NCBI GenBank assembly: GCA_964016885.1
Contig: OZ024740.1
Location: 54,436,001-54,500,000 of the forward strand
Direction of reading: 5' to 3'
DNA from: Eledone cirrhosa
Taxonomy: Eukaryota
DNA: 64,000 nucleotides
Position numbers and translations under genes: made by a program. The first letter of the stretch is position 1. Each line of letters opens with the position of its first letter. The notes beneath the pieces are model-generated. The model worked only from the letters and a program-made list of their open reading frames with translations. It had not been told where the DNA came from and made no database searches. Positions 27,886 through 42,352 of the stretch are shown here, one piece after another.

Positions 27886-28284
27886 CTCTCTCTCTCTCTT
27901 TATATATATATATATATATATATATAGCTTAAAATGGAGTTAGAATAATAAGCTTTCCTCATCAGTTGTCTTCTGGGGGGGGGGGTCTCAAACATTTCCA
28001 CGCTTTAAATACAAGTTATCTATCCCAGAGCGTTCAATAATTGGGTAAGGCATTGGGAAAACGGAGGAGGGTGGGCAAATAGAAGGGAAAAGGGAAGAAA
28101 AGAGAAAACAGCGAAACAGAACAACAACAAACCCAGCAATGTGCGAGCAACTTAACGTAAGAAAATCCAAGACCACAGCGATAACAGAACTTAAGTTCTA
28201 GAGCGTGTGGGCGAACGAAAAGACACATCTGACCCCAGCGAGTGTACGTGAGAAAAGGACTGCTACATATGCGTATGGCTTAGG

Positions 28285-28590
28285 CGTAGGCGCATGAATT
28301 AGTAGAGAGAGCATCGGCCTTACAATCCTGAAGTTGCGAGTTTGAATCTCGGTCCGGCTTTTACGTTGTGTTCTTGGGCAAAAGAGCTGAAAGATTTCAC
28401 GTGGTTCCAGTTCACTCAGGTGTTGAAATTAGTTCACCTAGTTATGGTCTACATGGCCTCACCAACCCACAATTGGCAAAGCGGAGTAAGTACGGCTACA
28501 TCCCTGATATGACCAAAACCAAATCAGAAAACCGAGGAGGTCAATCGGGAAGGGGTTCCTCCGGTAGGAATGAAAAGGCTCTGGATTGAA
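28285..28590 (+). mobile_element. Diverged SINE family B copy
   Basis: GGCGCATG..TTAGTAG..GAGTTTGAATCTC..TTCTTGGGCAA..TTTCACGTGGTTCCAGTTCACTCAG. Confidence 0.6.
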
Positions 28591-28654
28591 TATATATGTG
28601 TATATACATATATACATATATATACTTATATGTATATATACATATATATACTTA

Positions 28655-28705
<51 letters not shown>

Positions 28706-28710
<5 letters not shown>

Positions 28711-29100
28711 TGAGATGTGAACATGGTATGCGTGTTCATAGTGATGGTAATAAATTTGATAGAAAGGAATTAGTAAATGAGGTGAAAGTTTGAGGTGAAG
28801 ATGATGATGATTATGATGGGTAAGTTGATGATGAAGACGGTGATGATGAATATGGTAAATGAGATGAATGGCAAATATTTGTTTAGGTAGCTTTGTATAT
28901 GTCAATTGGTAGTGGTGATTATACATATAGAAACACACACACATATATATTTATATATGTGTATGTGTGTTTCTATTACCATCACTATGAACACGCATAC
29001 CATGTTCACACCTTACTTTTTCTATTAGAGTTCTATTCTTCTTAGCCTCTCTCTGTACTTACCTCGCAAAGCGGAGGTCTCTGGTCAATGGCTTCAGAGT
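28706..29100. repeat. Inverted repeat pair (28706-28752 and 28974-29020) plus tail, between microsatellites
   Basis: GTGAACATGGTATGCGTGTTCATAGTGATGGTAATA and its exact reverse complement. Confidence 0.8.
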
Positions 29101-29111
29101 CTCTCTCTCAC

Positions 29112-29232
<121 letters not shown>

Positions 29233-29235
29233 ATA

Positions 29236-29267
<32 letters not shown>

Positions 29268-29402
29268 GGAACGAGTAAGACCCCGACGGCTGAGCTCAAG
29301 CCGTTTCGACGGCTAATTCCTATTACCCACTCTACTACCCTAAGTATTGAGTACTTTGGTGCGTTATGGTCCACCAGGTTCCTTACCACATTTCCTTCGT
29401 TA
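29268..29402 (+). mobile_element. Short (TA)n-embedded repeat, family C, with inverted 5' ~50 bp
   Basis: The body TTCCTATTACCC...CCACATTTCCTTCGTTA is shared with 35216-35346, 35574-35682 and 52009-52140; the 5' part is reversed relative to those copies. Confidence 0.8.
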
Positions 29403-29422
29403 TATATATATATATATAACAT

Positions 29423-29604
29423 ATTCTTTTCACGATATGAAATTTAGATATGAAATTTGGCCTTCTGACAAAAGCAAAAAGACGCTTATTTTGTATAGGT
29501 TTATATATATATATATATATATATAAACCTATACAAAATAAGCGTCTTTTTGCTTTTGTCAGAAGGCCAAATTTCATATCTAAATTTCATATCGTGAAAA
29601 GAAT
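29423..29604. repeat. Perfect palindrome with ~80 bp arms and a (TA)n centre
   Basis: ATTCTTTTCACG...TATAGGTTT(AT)nAAACCTATA...CGTGAAAAGAAT. Confidence 0.95.
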
Positions 29605-30287
29605 TTACGTTGTTATCATATAAAAGGAATCTTCAACAAATAGTGACGAACGTACATATTTTTTATTGAATTTGTTTCCGTTGCTTTAAAGGACGATACA
29701 ATACAATTTCAGACAGGTAACCGAAAGACATGGTCTTCTCACACACTCTTACGAGTTCTATGGCCAAAAACCCTTTTTAAAGAAAGAGAGATTCACTATC
29801 TACAAAGAGGTACCTAATTCTTAATTTCAAAATTCTTTCGTTGGTTACTAGAACTAAATCCGACTTCCCACAACGTAAAAGGATATATGGGAAAACTAGT
29901 ACCACAAACAAGATGTTATTTACTTCTCATTTCGGATTATCACTACGATACTGAAAATATAATGAGGTCATATAATTGTTTGTAATTTTGAGCCTATTTG
30001 TTTTCTGCCCTATCTTCCATCTTGTGATATCTTTGGTATATGGATTTTATTTGATTGGCAAAAAGCCACAACTTTCTGAGGCAAAAGAAAGCTTAATCGA
30101 TTTATCAAGCGTGATATTTTAGTGGACAACAAAAATCTATTAAGTATAATTTTAACTGAATATCTGTGGAAATATGATACAACGGCAGAAAATAGCATGC
30201 ATTCCTGGGACAAAATATGTAGTCTTTGCAGATGTTCATCTTCAAAAATATATATTCACACACACACCACACACACACATATATATG

Positions 30288-30395
<108 letters not shown>

Positions 30396-30417
30396 GGTTG
30401 TAACACGTGCTTCCTCT

Positions 30418-30725
30418 GTATTTGACTAAATAGAATTAGTCTGTTAGTAGGGGTTTAAAAAGAACTCTCTGCTATCGTTATATAGTTTCTAATTGAATGG
30501 AAGGAAGCATGGGTGGCGTGTTGGTGTGATGGTAGTACATTGGTGCCTGGCAAACCAAACATCTGGGTTCATGTCCCATGTACGTCAATACTCATCTGTC
30601 TTTTCCATTCATAGGTTTTTTCTTAAATTCCAAATAACAGACTAATTCTATTTAGTCAAATACGGCGTAAGCCGTATCTAATTTGCTAGCCGCTTCTAAT
30701 CAAAGCCTGCTTTGTGTCTCCCTAT
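30418..30725. repeat. 29 bp inverted repeat pair (30418-30446 and 30635-30663) enclosing a tRNA-like segment, in (TA)n
   Basis: GTATTTGACTAAATAGAATTAGTCTGTTA and its exact reverse complement; internal TGGTGTGATGG..GGTTCATGTCC resembles A and B boxes. Confidence 0.7.
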
Positions 30726-30944
30726 ATGTATATATATATATATATATAGAGAGAGATAGATAATAAAAGTGTATACCCACCCGAAATCCTTTTTCTCAAT
30801 ATTTAAAGTATACGAGTGCACTCTGCTTTCCTTTCGCTTGGCATCTTAATAAGACTGACTTGATTAAAGCATTGAGTGAATGGAAAAAGAATCGATGTTA
30901 TTTCGCTCCTATCATCGGATAGATTTGTTTCAGTATTATATATA

Positions 30945-31290
30945 TCTTAGTCTTAGTAGGCGCATCGAGCAGTAAGTACTCTCCAACGGTCACGACCAGC
31001 GGCAACTTATTCGAGACCGTGCCAGGTGATGTTGACTGCCATCAGGTCCTTCCAGAAAGTTCGTCGCCAGGTGATCCTTGGGCAACCCTGCCTCCGTTTA
31101 CCGCCAGGCGGAGTCCAGTTCATCGCTGTTTTCAAATGCCGTTCATTTGGCAGACGCAGAATATGGCCAGCCAGACGGCACCGACACCCCGTGACCACTC
31201 TCTGTAGCGTCCACGACTGGGCTCTGCACAGGATCTCCTCGGTTCGCACCCGGTCGCGCCAGGACATTCGGGTCCGAGTATGGCCACTTC
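30945..31290 (-). mobile_element. RTE-clade LINE 3' end
   Basis: SWRDRVRTEEIL..RLAGHILRL..GKRRQGCPRITWRRT; (CTAAGA)n-like tail. Confidence 0.85.
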
Positions 31291-31399
31291 TTAAAATGAA
31301 AAGAAAAAGGGACAAATAGATAATACCGAAAACATGTTTTTGATGTTTCGGTTAATGATGCCACCTTAGGTGTCTCATTAAACCAGTAAGGGACTTACA

Positions 31400-33770
31400 T
31401 GTCATACCACACAGTGTGTAGTTACGTTTCGCACCTGCTTGGGACTGGTTGACTGTTCTGCCGTGTTAGCCCACTTTCAGAGTGAGATATTTTGTTGCTG
31501 ATATCACACACAAATTCAAGTTGTATGAGGTATTCAAATGTGTTATTTCCGTGAGTATGACGTCTGCTATGTCTGCTATGGCTTAGTAATCTAGTTTTGA
31601 CATACATATATATGCCAGAATCAGCGTTGGTTTATTCTCTTAGCAAAACAAACGCAAAAAGATGGCAATGTCGGGGCGAGTAGCTCATACTGTTTCACGA
31701 CTGTCTCAAATGAGAAAGGTTCTAGAAACTGACCATTGACACAGAAGGATGCTCTCATGTCATTATACAATGAATGTATGGACCACGCTTCAAGAGTATA
31801 CTCCAAAGGGCCTACCTGTTGACTATGTCAAAAGCCTTCATGAGATCAATAATGCAATTGTATAAATCAAGCTGTTGCACTTCTGCATCAGCTGCGCCGT
31901 GACGATGATATCTGTAGTGTCCCGATATGGACGGAATCCACACTGCGATTGCCGCAGAATTTTGGGTGAATGTGCATCAGCAGACCATTAAGATTGATCC
32001 TGGCAAAGATTTTACTAACAACTGATAATAGAGGGATCCCACGATAGTCATCAGAAACATCTTTGGGTCTATTTTTGAAGAGGGAGATGAAAATGGCATT
32101 CTTCCAATCCTGTGGGACTGCATCCTTCAACCACACCTTGTGGTATATGTTATGCAGCAGATCATATAATTTAAGAACACATTGTTGCACTATTTCAGTC
32201 ATTATACCATCCTTCCCACGTGCTTTAGAAGTGTTCATTTATCCCACTGCAGTCTCAACCTCTTCCAATGTGGGAGGATCATCAAGCTTATTGATCAAAG
32301 GAGCCTGTTCCATGGCCTCAATCACCCCGTGATTAACTAGAGTTGATTTTGCTTAGGAGGTCATTAAAGTATTCACGCCACCTTCACTTGATTTCATCAG
32401 GCTTTCATAATACTGTATTTCTATTCTTTCACCATAGTGGGGCAAATACTGTGGTGGGTCGGCCAGTTCGTGATATAATGATGTAGCATTTCGTCTTTCT
32501 TCAGAAGATTGTATATCATGTACTTTATCGTGCCACTATGAATATTTTGCCGCTCGGAGTTCACGTGGCAATCGTGCCTTACATTCTTTGGAAGTCTTCT
32601 CCAGCTGAGATTAACCCGCGCCTTCCTTCGAGCATGTCAAGAGCTTGTCTAGAAATGTTTTATATTTCCCTCAGAAGGCTTTCCACTAGTGGTTCATTTG
32701 CTGTAAAGAAGTCCTGATGTTTTTTTCACTGCATAACTTAAAATCGTAACCGTTGCCTAATAAAGCTGTTTGGTGACAAACAGGCATGTATCATCACAAT
32801 TGTTCATTTCGATTTGATGAACTGCTTCGTGAAATTTCTCTCTCGTTTTTCTAGGCAGGACAATTGTGAAATGTTTACACATTTCCGCACCATAACAACA
32901 GTACACTTGCTCTTCTACCGTGCACGACACATAGTTTCTCTTAGGAGCCGGTGCTCTGTCCAGCACTATGACCCTCCCATGAAACGGATAGATCAGACAT
33001 TTCGCAAATCGTTACGTCTTGCAATGACATAATTAATAATATATTAATGACATGATTGTGGGTGCATCCAGGTCCCCTTATACTTGTATTCTGACTGCAC
33101 CATGTGTCTCCTATGACAAGATTGTATTTCTGGCACACTTGAAACAGGAGAAGTCCATTGCATTGTATTTTTCTATCCATGTCGTCCTATGCTGCACCAT
33201 GTAGTAAAGTCACACCCGACACGAGCATTCAAATCACTCAACACTAAAGGCTTGTCTTTTTATTTACAAGTTTCAAGATTATTCTTTGATCTGCATAAAA
33301 TTGTGGTCTTACAAGTGTTGGATCATACACAAAGACCAAAGCCATAAAACAGTTAAATTAAAGCGGCAACCTAAGTATCATAAGCTGATCGGAACTACCA
33401 TGCAAAAACTCTTTTTAGATGTTGCCCAAGTCGGTTTTTAGAGATAAATTGACGAAGGCTCATATTCTGCATGGCCCCTGTAGAATCAGGTTTATCCTGA
33501 GATTGGCTAATCTAGTTGGCCCTCCTCGGGTAGTCGTTTTTCCGAAAGAGCGACTATATGCAGTTCATACCGATGGAGCTCTTTGCAGATATGAGTTCAG
33601 GATGATTTGAGGCTGGGAAATCAACAGCGTTTACTCATTCCAATATGCAAAGTTAGTCGGTAAAGGTGTTGTATTCTGTCCATTGCTTGTCTTATTAATT
33701 TCATTCCCGTATAGATGGACAGCCGCTAGCCATGGGTTGCTGGCCAGTTTAGATATAATCAAGCCCTTTT
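31400..33770 (-). mobile_element. Heavily decayed RTE/BovB-like LINE (APE plus RT)
   Basis: KARGKDGI, VPQDWKNA, DYRGIPLLSVVSKIF, IDLMKAFDIV; APE relics DLNARVG and NGLLLFQVC. Confidence 0.75.
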
Positions 33771-33778
33771 CAGATGTG

Positions 33779-33895
<117 letters not shown>

Positions 33896-35151
33896 GTACA
33901 CATCTACATATATGTATGTGGAACTGTGTATATATAACCTGAAAATGGAAAGACAGAATTCCATGCAAATTCTTGTGGTCACTGAAAAGTATTTAGCAAT
34001 TTATTGTAGATTTCTTTCAGTTACATCTCATAAAAATGAAAACCTGTATACATTCTACTGTATAGTCCTAGATTGGAAACATGTATGAAATACAGACGAA
34101 ATATCTTCCATTTTATATATACAATATATGGCCTAACCGCATCTAATAAACCTAGAACAGATATCTATTAAGCTAACTTTAAATCTCAGCGTCTTACAGA
34201 TATTATTGCATTGATAGAGATATTACCTACATATAAACAAAACATAAACAAGTGTAAAAAAAGGAATGATTATAGTTGAAACGATGCCGGTCATATATAA
34301 GATTTACCAGTTGTAATATATTTATAAAATACTACAAATAGCAGCTAAATACCACGATGTAAAAGAAATCAATTCTGTGTGGTGAAGATAGAATGGTCGC
34401 ATCTGCAATGCCTTCGATTATTATTGCAATTTATCAAAACCGATCTGTGACTATGTTAAAAAAACAACATAATCGATTATAAACACAAACCAGATGATTT
34501 TTGTTTGTTCATGAAATAATAAGTAGTGAAAAGAATATTGAAGTCCATTATAGTTGTAGGTCTATCAAATCAGAAGTATTAATGTGCACCAAGCCCAACC
34601 TTATTATCTCAAAACATTGCTTGTGCGAACAAATTTAAGTTCGTTACACTTCTAGAGAAGAAACAGATAGGTAGCTTACAGGATAAGTTACTCAAAGGAA
34701 AATGAAAGGAGAAAAGAGATGATTTTGATGAGTTAGAGCAGGCTAGATTGTAAAGAAATAAAAATCCCTAGTTTAATGCGACACTTTTACATTTATGTGT
34801 ACGAGATTTTCAATAATAGTAGTTAGTGGAAAAAATATAAATCTTAAAATATTGAAATATTCATATTTGTAGATGAATTTGTAATAAAATATACAACTAC
34901 ATATAAGAAAAACGGTAGAATTATGTATTTATAGAAAACATATGATATACAAAAGCATATAGCAGACGTTATAAAAATATGAAATATGCAGCGAAAAAAT
35001 AACAGGTAAGTGAAGGGTGCGAAAATCGTGACAAATATATACATGGGTCACAGATATATGGTTGTGTTCTGTATATTATAAAGTACAATCCCCCCCCCAC
35101 ACACACACATATATATGTGTGTATGCTTATGAATATGTATGTATATGTATG

Positions 35152-35184
<33 letters not shown>

Positions 35185-35215
35185 GTATATACATACATAT
35201 ATATATATATATATA

Positions 35216-35714
<499 letters not shown>

Positions 35715-38700
35715 TAAAATAACAGATTAAAGTTTATGTATGCAGACATATGTGTACTTGTGCAATGTCTATGCATATACAATGTATAATTTCAATTCAA
35801 TCTCATATATATAAAAATGGCATTTTTGATGCTTGCATTTTTGAATACCGATTATTCAGCATTATTCATTATTTATTTTACTATGACCTTATATATTTAG
35901 GTCAAATATTCTCTTCTCTCGTCTTCTACGAGTTAATATTCATCGTATTTCCATCTTTGTTTTCAAAACCTTACATGTGATATGTAATTTCCTTATACAA
36001 TCTTCCAAAAATGTTCTTGTCATTACTTTTCCTTAAATCTCATTATTAACATTAACGAAAAATATGACAATCAATCATAATATACATGAAACCTGAATTA
36101 CGGTCCAGGTAATATGATTCCTGAAATTGTCTTCTTTAATTAATATTACGTTTGTTTCTTGCATAATGCTTGTAGTAACATCTCATGAAAATTGTACACA
36201 GTATTTAAATATATTATTATAAATATCAAACATAGACCTTTGTAGTTGTTGAGCAGTTGATATACCATTGAAACGAAATGGAGGACTGATCGTTTTTGGT
36301 TGCCTACAAATAATGAAATCACTAATAAAAGCAAGCATTATCATACAAATGTATTCAAAACAAACAAATCACAAATCATGAAAGTGAACTCTAGTGAATT
36401 GTGAACAATTGTAAAATGAGACAGTGGCATTTTAGGCAAAGTTCCATAATGGAAATAATATAGAAAGAAATCAACCTGAAGGCTAACATATAAAAAGAAT
36501 ATGTATGGTTTCACTTTATCAATTATGATATTACAAAGAGCTATTTTGCTAGTGTAACAGTGACAAATGGACATTGATTTATCAATAAATATGGTTGTAA
36601 CACTTTAACTTCTGATTTGATTTCAAGAACAAGATATGTTGTCATGTTTCCATTCATATCAGAATTTTAGCTATTCTAGCAATAATGTATAAAATATTTT
36701 ATCCTCATGATTGTTTGGTACTACATAATTGACTTAAAACTTCAAAAGTTATCATCGACAAGCTTTTTATAAAGGCTTACATGTTACATGAATGTGCAAA
36801 CCAAAATGTTTATGTGAATCTACAAAACATTTAATTTCTAAGCCTCATTACTTCTTGTCACAATTAATATATCAAATTAACCATAGTCAGCGTAGAATCT
36901 GAGACAAATTTTACTTTTTAATTTTGTTTCTCATTTGCTAGTCCATTTTCTCAATGAATCTAGATGTTACTGAGTGGCTAATGGTAACATCATACATGAG
37001 AGATCAGAACATTATGTTCACAAAATATGTATTTAAATATATCTATAATCATACTAAATTCAATTATTGAAATGTAGTCATGTTGGGGTGCTGACTAATA
37101 AATTCCAGGAATTGCAATTTTTAAAGAAAGATAATGTTGACATTAACGTGATTGGAAATCGCCCCCAAAATCTAGGAAAATAAATAACATAAGATACTTT
37201 TCTTAAACTCTACTATTACTATCCAGTTATGTAAAGCTACACTTTTTATTAGCAGTATGCTTATTCGGGAGTTTGAAGGCGCGATGCTTTGTAATATCTA
37301 CGTTCGACTTACGACCTATTGTAAGGATATGTTTTCTACTTCCCGCGGCGTAATGTCTTTTGAGCAAGACAATTTCTTTAGGTTTCTCAAGTTATCTGCT
37401 AGTAAAAATAAGTTGCAATTCAAACGACAATATTTCTCATAAATTTTGTCACACTACAAATGCCTAAGACATATATTAATGGTTCCCGTCTCAATGGAAT
37501 ACTCAACCACATGCATGTTAACATCACGAGCAAACGGAGCACATCGTCGCAATGACAAATCTCGAAGTCACTTGTTTTCTTTTGATATTGCTTACTGAAT
37601 ATATCTTTAATATGAAGGGAATTTTTAGAAATTAATTATTAGGTCAAATATATTCATATATACTTCCCACAATAGCTGAAATTTAATCATTCTGTTATTG
37701 GGATGAATATAAGAGTATTGGAATATTTGTTCTTGAATTCAAAATAATGGCGTGATAAAGAGGGGATAATGTTTGTTCACCATTTCTTTCAGCGAGGCTT
37801 CTAGATAAAACAAAAATATAGTTATATAAATTTTTTATTTATCACAAATCTTCTAATAATAGATTATAATCAGGGATGAAACGTCCAATGTTTCGGAGTT
37901 TTGAACATCGTCACTGTTATAGAAGTTAAACGCTAATACACAATTTGCGAAAATGATAATAAATTAAGAAAAATGTGAAAGTGTAATAGCAGGAAGCACG
38001 TCAAGGAATTTAGTGCACAGTTGGAAGGACGTGTGAAGTGGAATACACATCAGAATAAAAGTGATCGACATAAATTCGTGAAACAATGTTGTGAAATCCC
38101 AGAACAGTCGTCGTTGAGATGATCGCTGGTAAAATGCATCATAGTTTCCGAGTTTCCAAGGCGGTGAAATGGTGATATGGATGTCAAATTAAATTATATG
38201 TGTTGTTCTTTGAGCTCTGTGAAAATATTGCACCATTGCCAGTTTGCCTTTCATCATTTTGTCATCGATACAGTGATGTAAAATTCAAGCTGAATTGGCT
38301 GAATAAATAGAACTTCGGACTAGAATGTTCGGGCGTCTGTTCCGGCTTTGTGTTCTCGAAATATTTATAATCCATAAGCAATTTAAATACCACTGATTCC
38401 AAGAGTTTAAATACCGAAGACGAGAAGAAATATGAAAAGAAATACTGCAATGTGAGTAAAAAAACCTGTGATTGTTTCGACTGCAGTCAAATAATTTGAA
38501 AAGCTGTCTGCTTGTGTTGTTTTTGTTACTGGTTCTGTTGTCGATGACTGTCGTTGTCGTTGCAGTCGTCATATTTGTTGATGTTGTTTTTATTGTTGTT
38601 ATTGTGTTGTCTTTGCTAACTACATGTTGAGTTATGTCTTACATTTTGCCAGTAGAAAAATGTCACCATTAATATATATAGTGCAAGAAAGAAACACACA

Positions 38701-38983
38701 TAGTGAATAGTAAAAATAAAGAAATAATTATGGAAATTGTATTCTATCCTCCATGAAGCTAAATGTTGCCAAGTCGAAATCATTCATGAATACTTATGAA
38801 TAACGCACTTTCTTCTAACTCTCTATCTTTCTATTTATCATCTATTTCTAACACTATCTTTCGACAAAGATCTAGTGTCCGAAATATTAAGACAATTTTC
38901 CTGCTATTCCAAACGTTAAATTAATGTATTTCTTAAATGTACTGTTTCGTTCACTTTATTATATATATTCAACTTTTATACAA

Positions 38984-39180
<197 letters not shown>

Positions 39181-40194
39181 TAACGAACGCAGAACAGTAA
39201 TATTCACGGGAATGTACAAATCAGTTGGATGCAAGCTCATTTATCTTTCGCCAGTGTTAATCCGGGTAAAAATACAATATGATAATGAAATTCACTCAAC
39301 TTTATCCTAGACAAGAATCTCTGCTATAATGTTACGTGTTGTTGATCCATCCAGAACAAAACAAAATACATGATGGAGAAGAAGTGTAAAAACAGAAAGA
39401 ATTGGTGGCACGAAAGTGAACAGATAGTCTTTGGGTTCACAGAACGTGTGACAAATGTATGAATAACGAGCAATAAAGATAAAGTTAAAGTAAAATTCAT
39501 ATGTTGCGTATGTTTGATTTTATTGGCATATATGTATATATATATATATATAAATATATATATATATATTCTTTGCTTTTCCTTCGGAATTACCTAACAC
39601 ACACACACAACTTTATATATATCTATATATATATATGTGTATATATAGGGGAGTACGTGGCTCTGATGATCGCCAACCAGCTTCTCTCCCTTCTTTCGCC
39701 GAAAAGAAGTAAGTGATATAGTCACTACGTTAAAACTGATAGCGTATGGTCTTCTAAATGTGTTTAATTAAACATACGGTATATTGCAAAATATACTATA
39801 CATACATTCATATATATATATATATTGGTATATTTAAGCACTGTTTTAAGTCATTTAAACTGCTACCTTATAAGTAAGTACATTGATTTTCTCCATGACA
39901 TTAATCCCAGTAACTGTGGGTTATTTTCGTTTAAATTGTTTAATATTGTTAATGATGCTTTTTTTTGTTATGAGATATAAATAGAGAAAATACATAAACA
40001 TAAAAGCACACACATACATACATGTACACACGCGCACGAACACGAACACATAAATACATATGAACTTTTGATACCAGAGGCTGGCTGTATCGATACAGAT
40101 CGCAACTTGAGGTGATCAGTCACGAAACGCGCGTCACACTTCAATAAATGTAATGAAAATTAGACACGTTGTCCATACGGGATTTGAACTCCAT

Positions 40195-40310
40195 TATGAG
40201 TTCAACTCCAACCGAGGTTAACATTGCCTTTCATGGATAAAATAAAGTACCAGTAATGCACTCGTTAATTGCTGGCCTTGTGCCAAAAGTAGAGACAATT
40301 ATTATTATTA
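40195..40310 (+). mobile_element. SINE family A, partial
   Basis: GAGTTCAACTCC..GATAAAATAAAGTACCAG..GGCCTTGTGCCAAAAGTAGAGACAATTATT. Confidence 0.8.
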
Positions 40311-40344
40311 TCAATAATATTTATATATATATATACATATATAT

Positions 40345-40835
40345 ATATTCATTAGTTAAGCAAAACAAGACCACGAATTTCACAAGGAAGACGTTATTTA
40401 AAGTTGTAGTTTAATGTAAGGAATGTAAACAATTGTAAACGGACATTATTGGCAGTATCGGTAGAGGGTCGGACGCCATGCTTTCCAGCATAGTTACGTC
40501 CCTTTACGATCTGAGTTCAAATCCCGCCGAGGTTGACTTTGCCTTTCATCCTTACGGGGTTGATAAAATAAAGTACCAGTAATGCACTGGGTAATTGCTG
40601 GCCTTGTGCCTAAAGTAGAAACAATTATTAGTATTATTATTATTATTCTTTACATTCCTTACATTAAACTACAACTATGTTGACAATCTTTAAATAATGT
40701 TTTCCTTGTGAAATTTGAGGTCTTGTTTTGCTTAACTAATGAATATTTCCAGCCCTGTGCACCTAACCTCTGCCTGAACCCAGCCATCTAGCTGCCTTCC
40801 ACTGCATATTGCACATTGAGCACATGCCTTTACGT
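40345..40835. repeat. Fold-back element (arms 40345-40430 and 40649-40746) plus tail, with a SINE in the spacer
   Basis: ATTCATTAGTTAAGCAAAACAAGACC...AATGTAAGGAATGTAAA and its reverse complement. Confidence 0.8.
40449..40647 (+). mobile_element. SINE family A
   Basis: Near-identical to the 18278 and 52287 copies; ATT tail. Confidence 0.9.
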
Positions 40836-40930
40836 TTTTGTCTTCTAAATAATTCACCAATCTCTCTTCTCCTCTCCTATCTCCATCTCTCTCTTTAAGA
40901 TTGGTTACTCTTGAACTGTGTATATATACT

Positions 40931-40992
<62 letters not shown>

Positions 40993-41310
40993 ATTCATGT
41001 ATATATATATATGAGTGTGTGCATGCGTGTGTTTGTGTGTGTATGTGTGTGTCTGTGTGTATTGCAATATAAAATGCAACATTTCTTCAAACTTTTGAAC
41101 ATCTCGTACTCGCCATATTTATCATATTTATATCTGCACAACACACATTGAGCTTAAATCTTCTCAATTATTATTGCTATTCAATTTACTATATTTTCAT
41201 GTTATATACTTATATTTTATTATATTTAATATATATATATATATATATAATTTCTTCTTTTATATATATATGTATATAGTCACTCACATATATATATATA
41301 TATATATATA

Positions 41311-42083
41311 TAAAAGACGTAAAATAAGAAAATTTTTTTAAAAAAAATTTTTAAAAAATTAACTTACTTACTTAAATTTTCACTCCAACTAATTAGTTTC
41401 TGCAATGGGATAAAGACAGTTACGTAATGAACTGTTTAGAATTTCATTGCGTCATCAGGGAGGTCATTCTCAGCCAAGTCTCCAGGCAATGCGCGGACAC
41501 TGGGGACTCATATAAAAATAATAATAATTCGGTAAATGGAACAGCTATCGAGGACTGGATTCCAGGTACTGAAAATTCTCACTGCCACTGATCATATGGC
41601 CGATTCTAAAGAATCAATCACGTGACACAGAGGCTAGTCAGTAGGAATGGGATGGTAAGATGACAGACGCCTACTAACACCCCCAAAAAATTTAGAAGTG
41701 GTTTTGGCAGGTTTGCTCGACAAATCAGTGATTTGGAGATAAATATAGATAATTTAATATATCTACTAACATTAGCGCACAGATGTACGCTAATGCCAGC
41801 AAATACACAGGTTATGTCATAGTACCTAGGTGGTTCAATGCAGGAGGATGCAGAACAATAATATAAAAGACGTAAAATAAGAAGATTTAAAAAAAAAAAA
41901 ATTTTTTTAAAGTTAACTTAAATTTTTAAAAATTTTTTTTTTTTTAATTTTCTTATATTACGTCTTTTATATTATTGTTCTGCATCCTCCTGCATTGAAC
42001 CACCTAGGTACTATGACATAACCTGTGTATTTGCTGGCATTAGCGTACATCTGTGCGCTTATGTTAGTAGATATATTAAATTA

Positions 42084-42086
<3 letters not shown>
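41311..42086 (-). mobile_element. Hammerhead-containing non-coding element: ~540 bp unit, partial direct repeat and terminal palindrome
   Basis: 41311-41368 repeats 41864-41920; 41748-41915 is the reverse complement of 41920-42086; hammerhead at 41383-41462; flanked by (TA)n and (CT)n(TA)n. Confidence 0.8.
41383..41462 (-). ncRNA. Type I hammerhead ribozyme with extended stem II (putative)
   Basis: Minus strand CTCC-CTGATGA-C-GCAATG...CATTGC-A-GAAAC-TAATTA-GTT-GGAG: intact core, stem I CTCC/GGAG, palindromic stem III, GUU site. Confidence 0.75.
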
Positions 42087-42178
<92 letters not shown>

Positions 42179-42203
42179 ATATATATACATATATATATTT
42201 ATA

Positions 42204-42352
<149 letters not shown>

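Noticed and set aside
27950-27970. Minus-strand CTGATGAGGAAAG as a hammerhead
   Set aside because: No convincing stem II or stem III could be drawn; at most a truncated relic.
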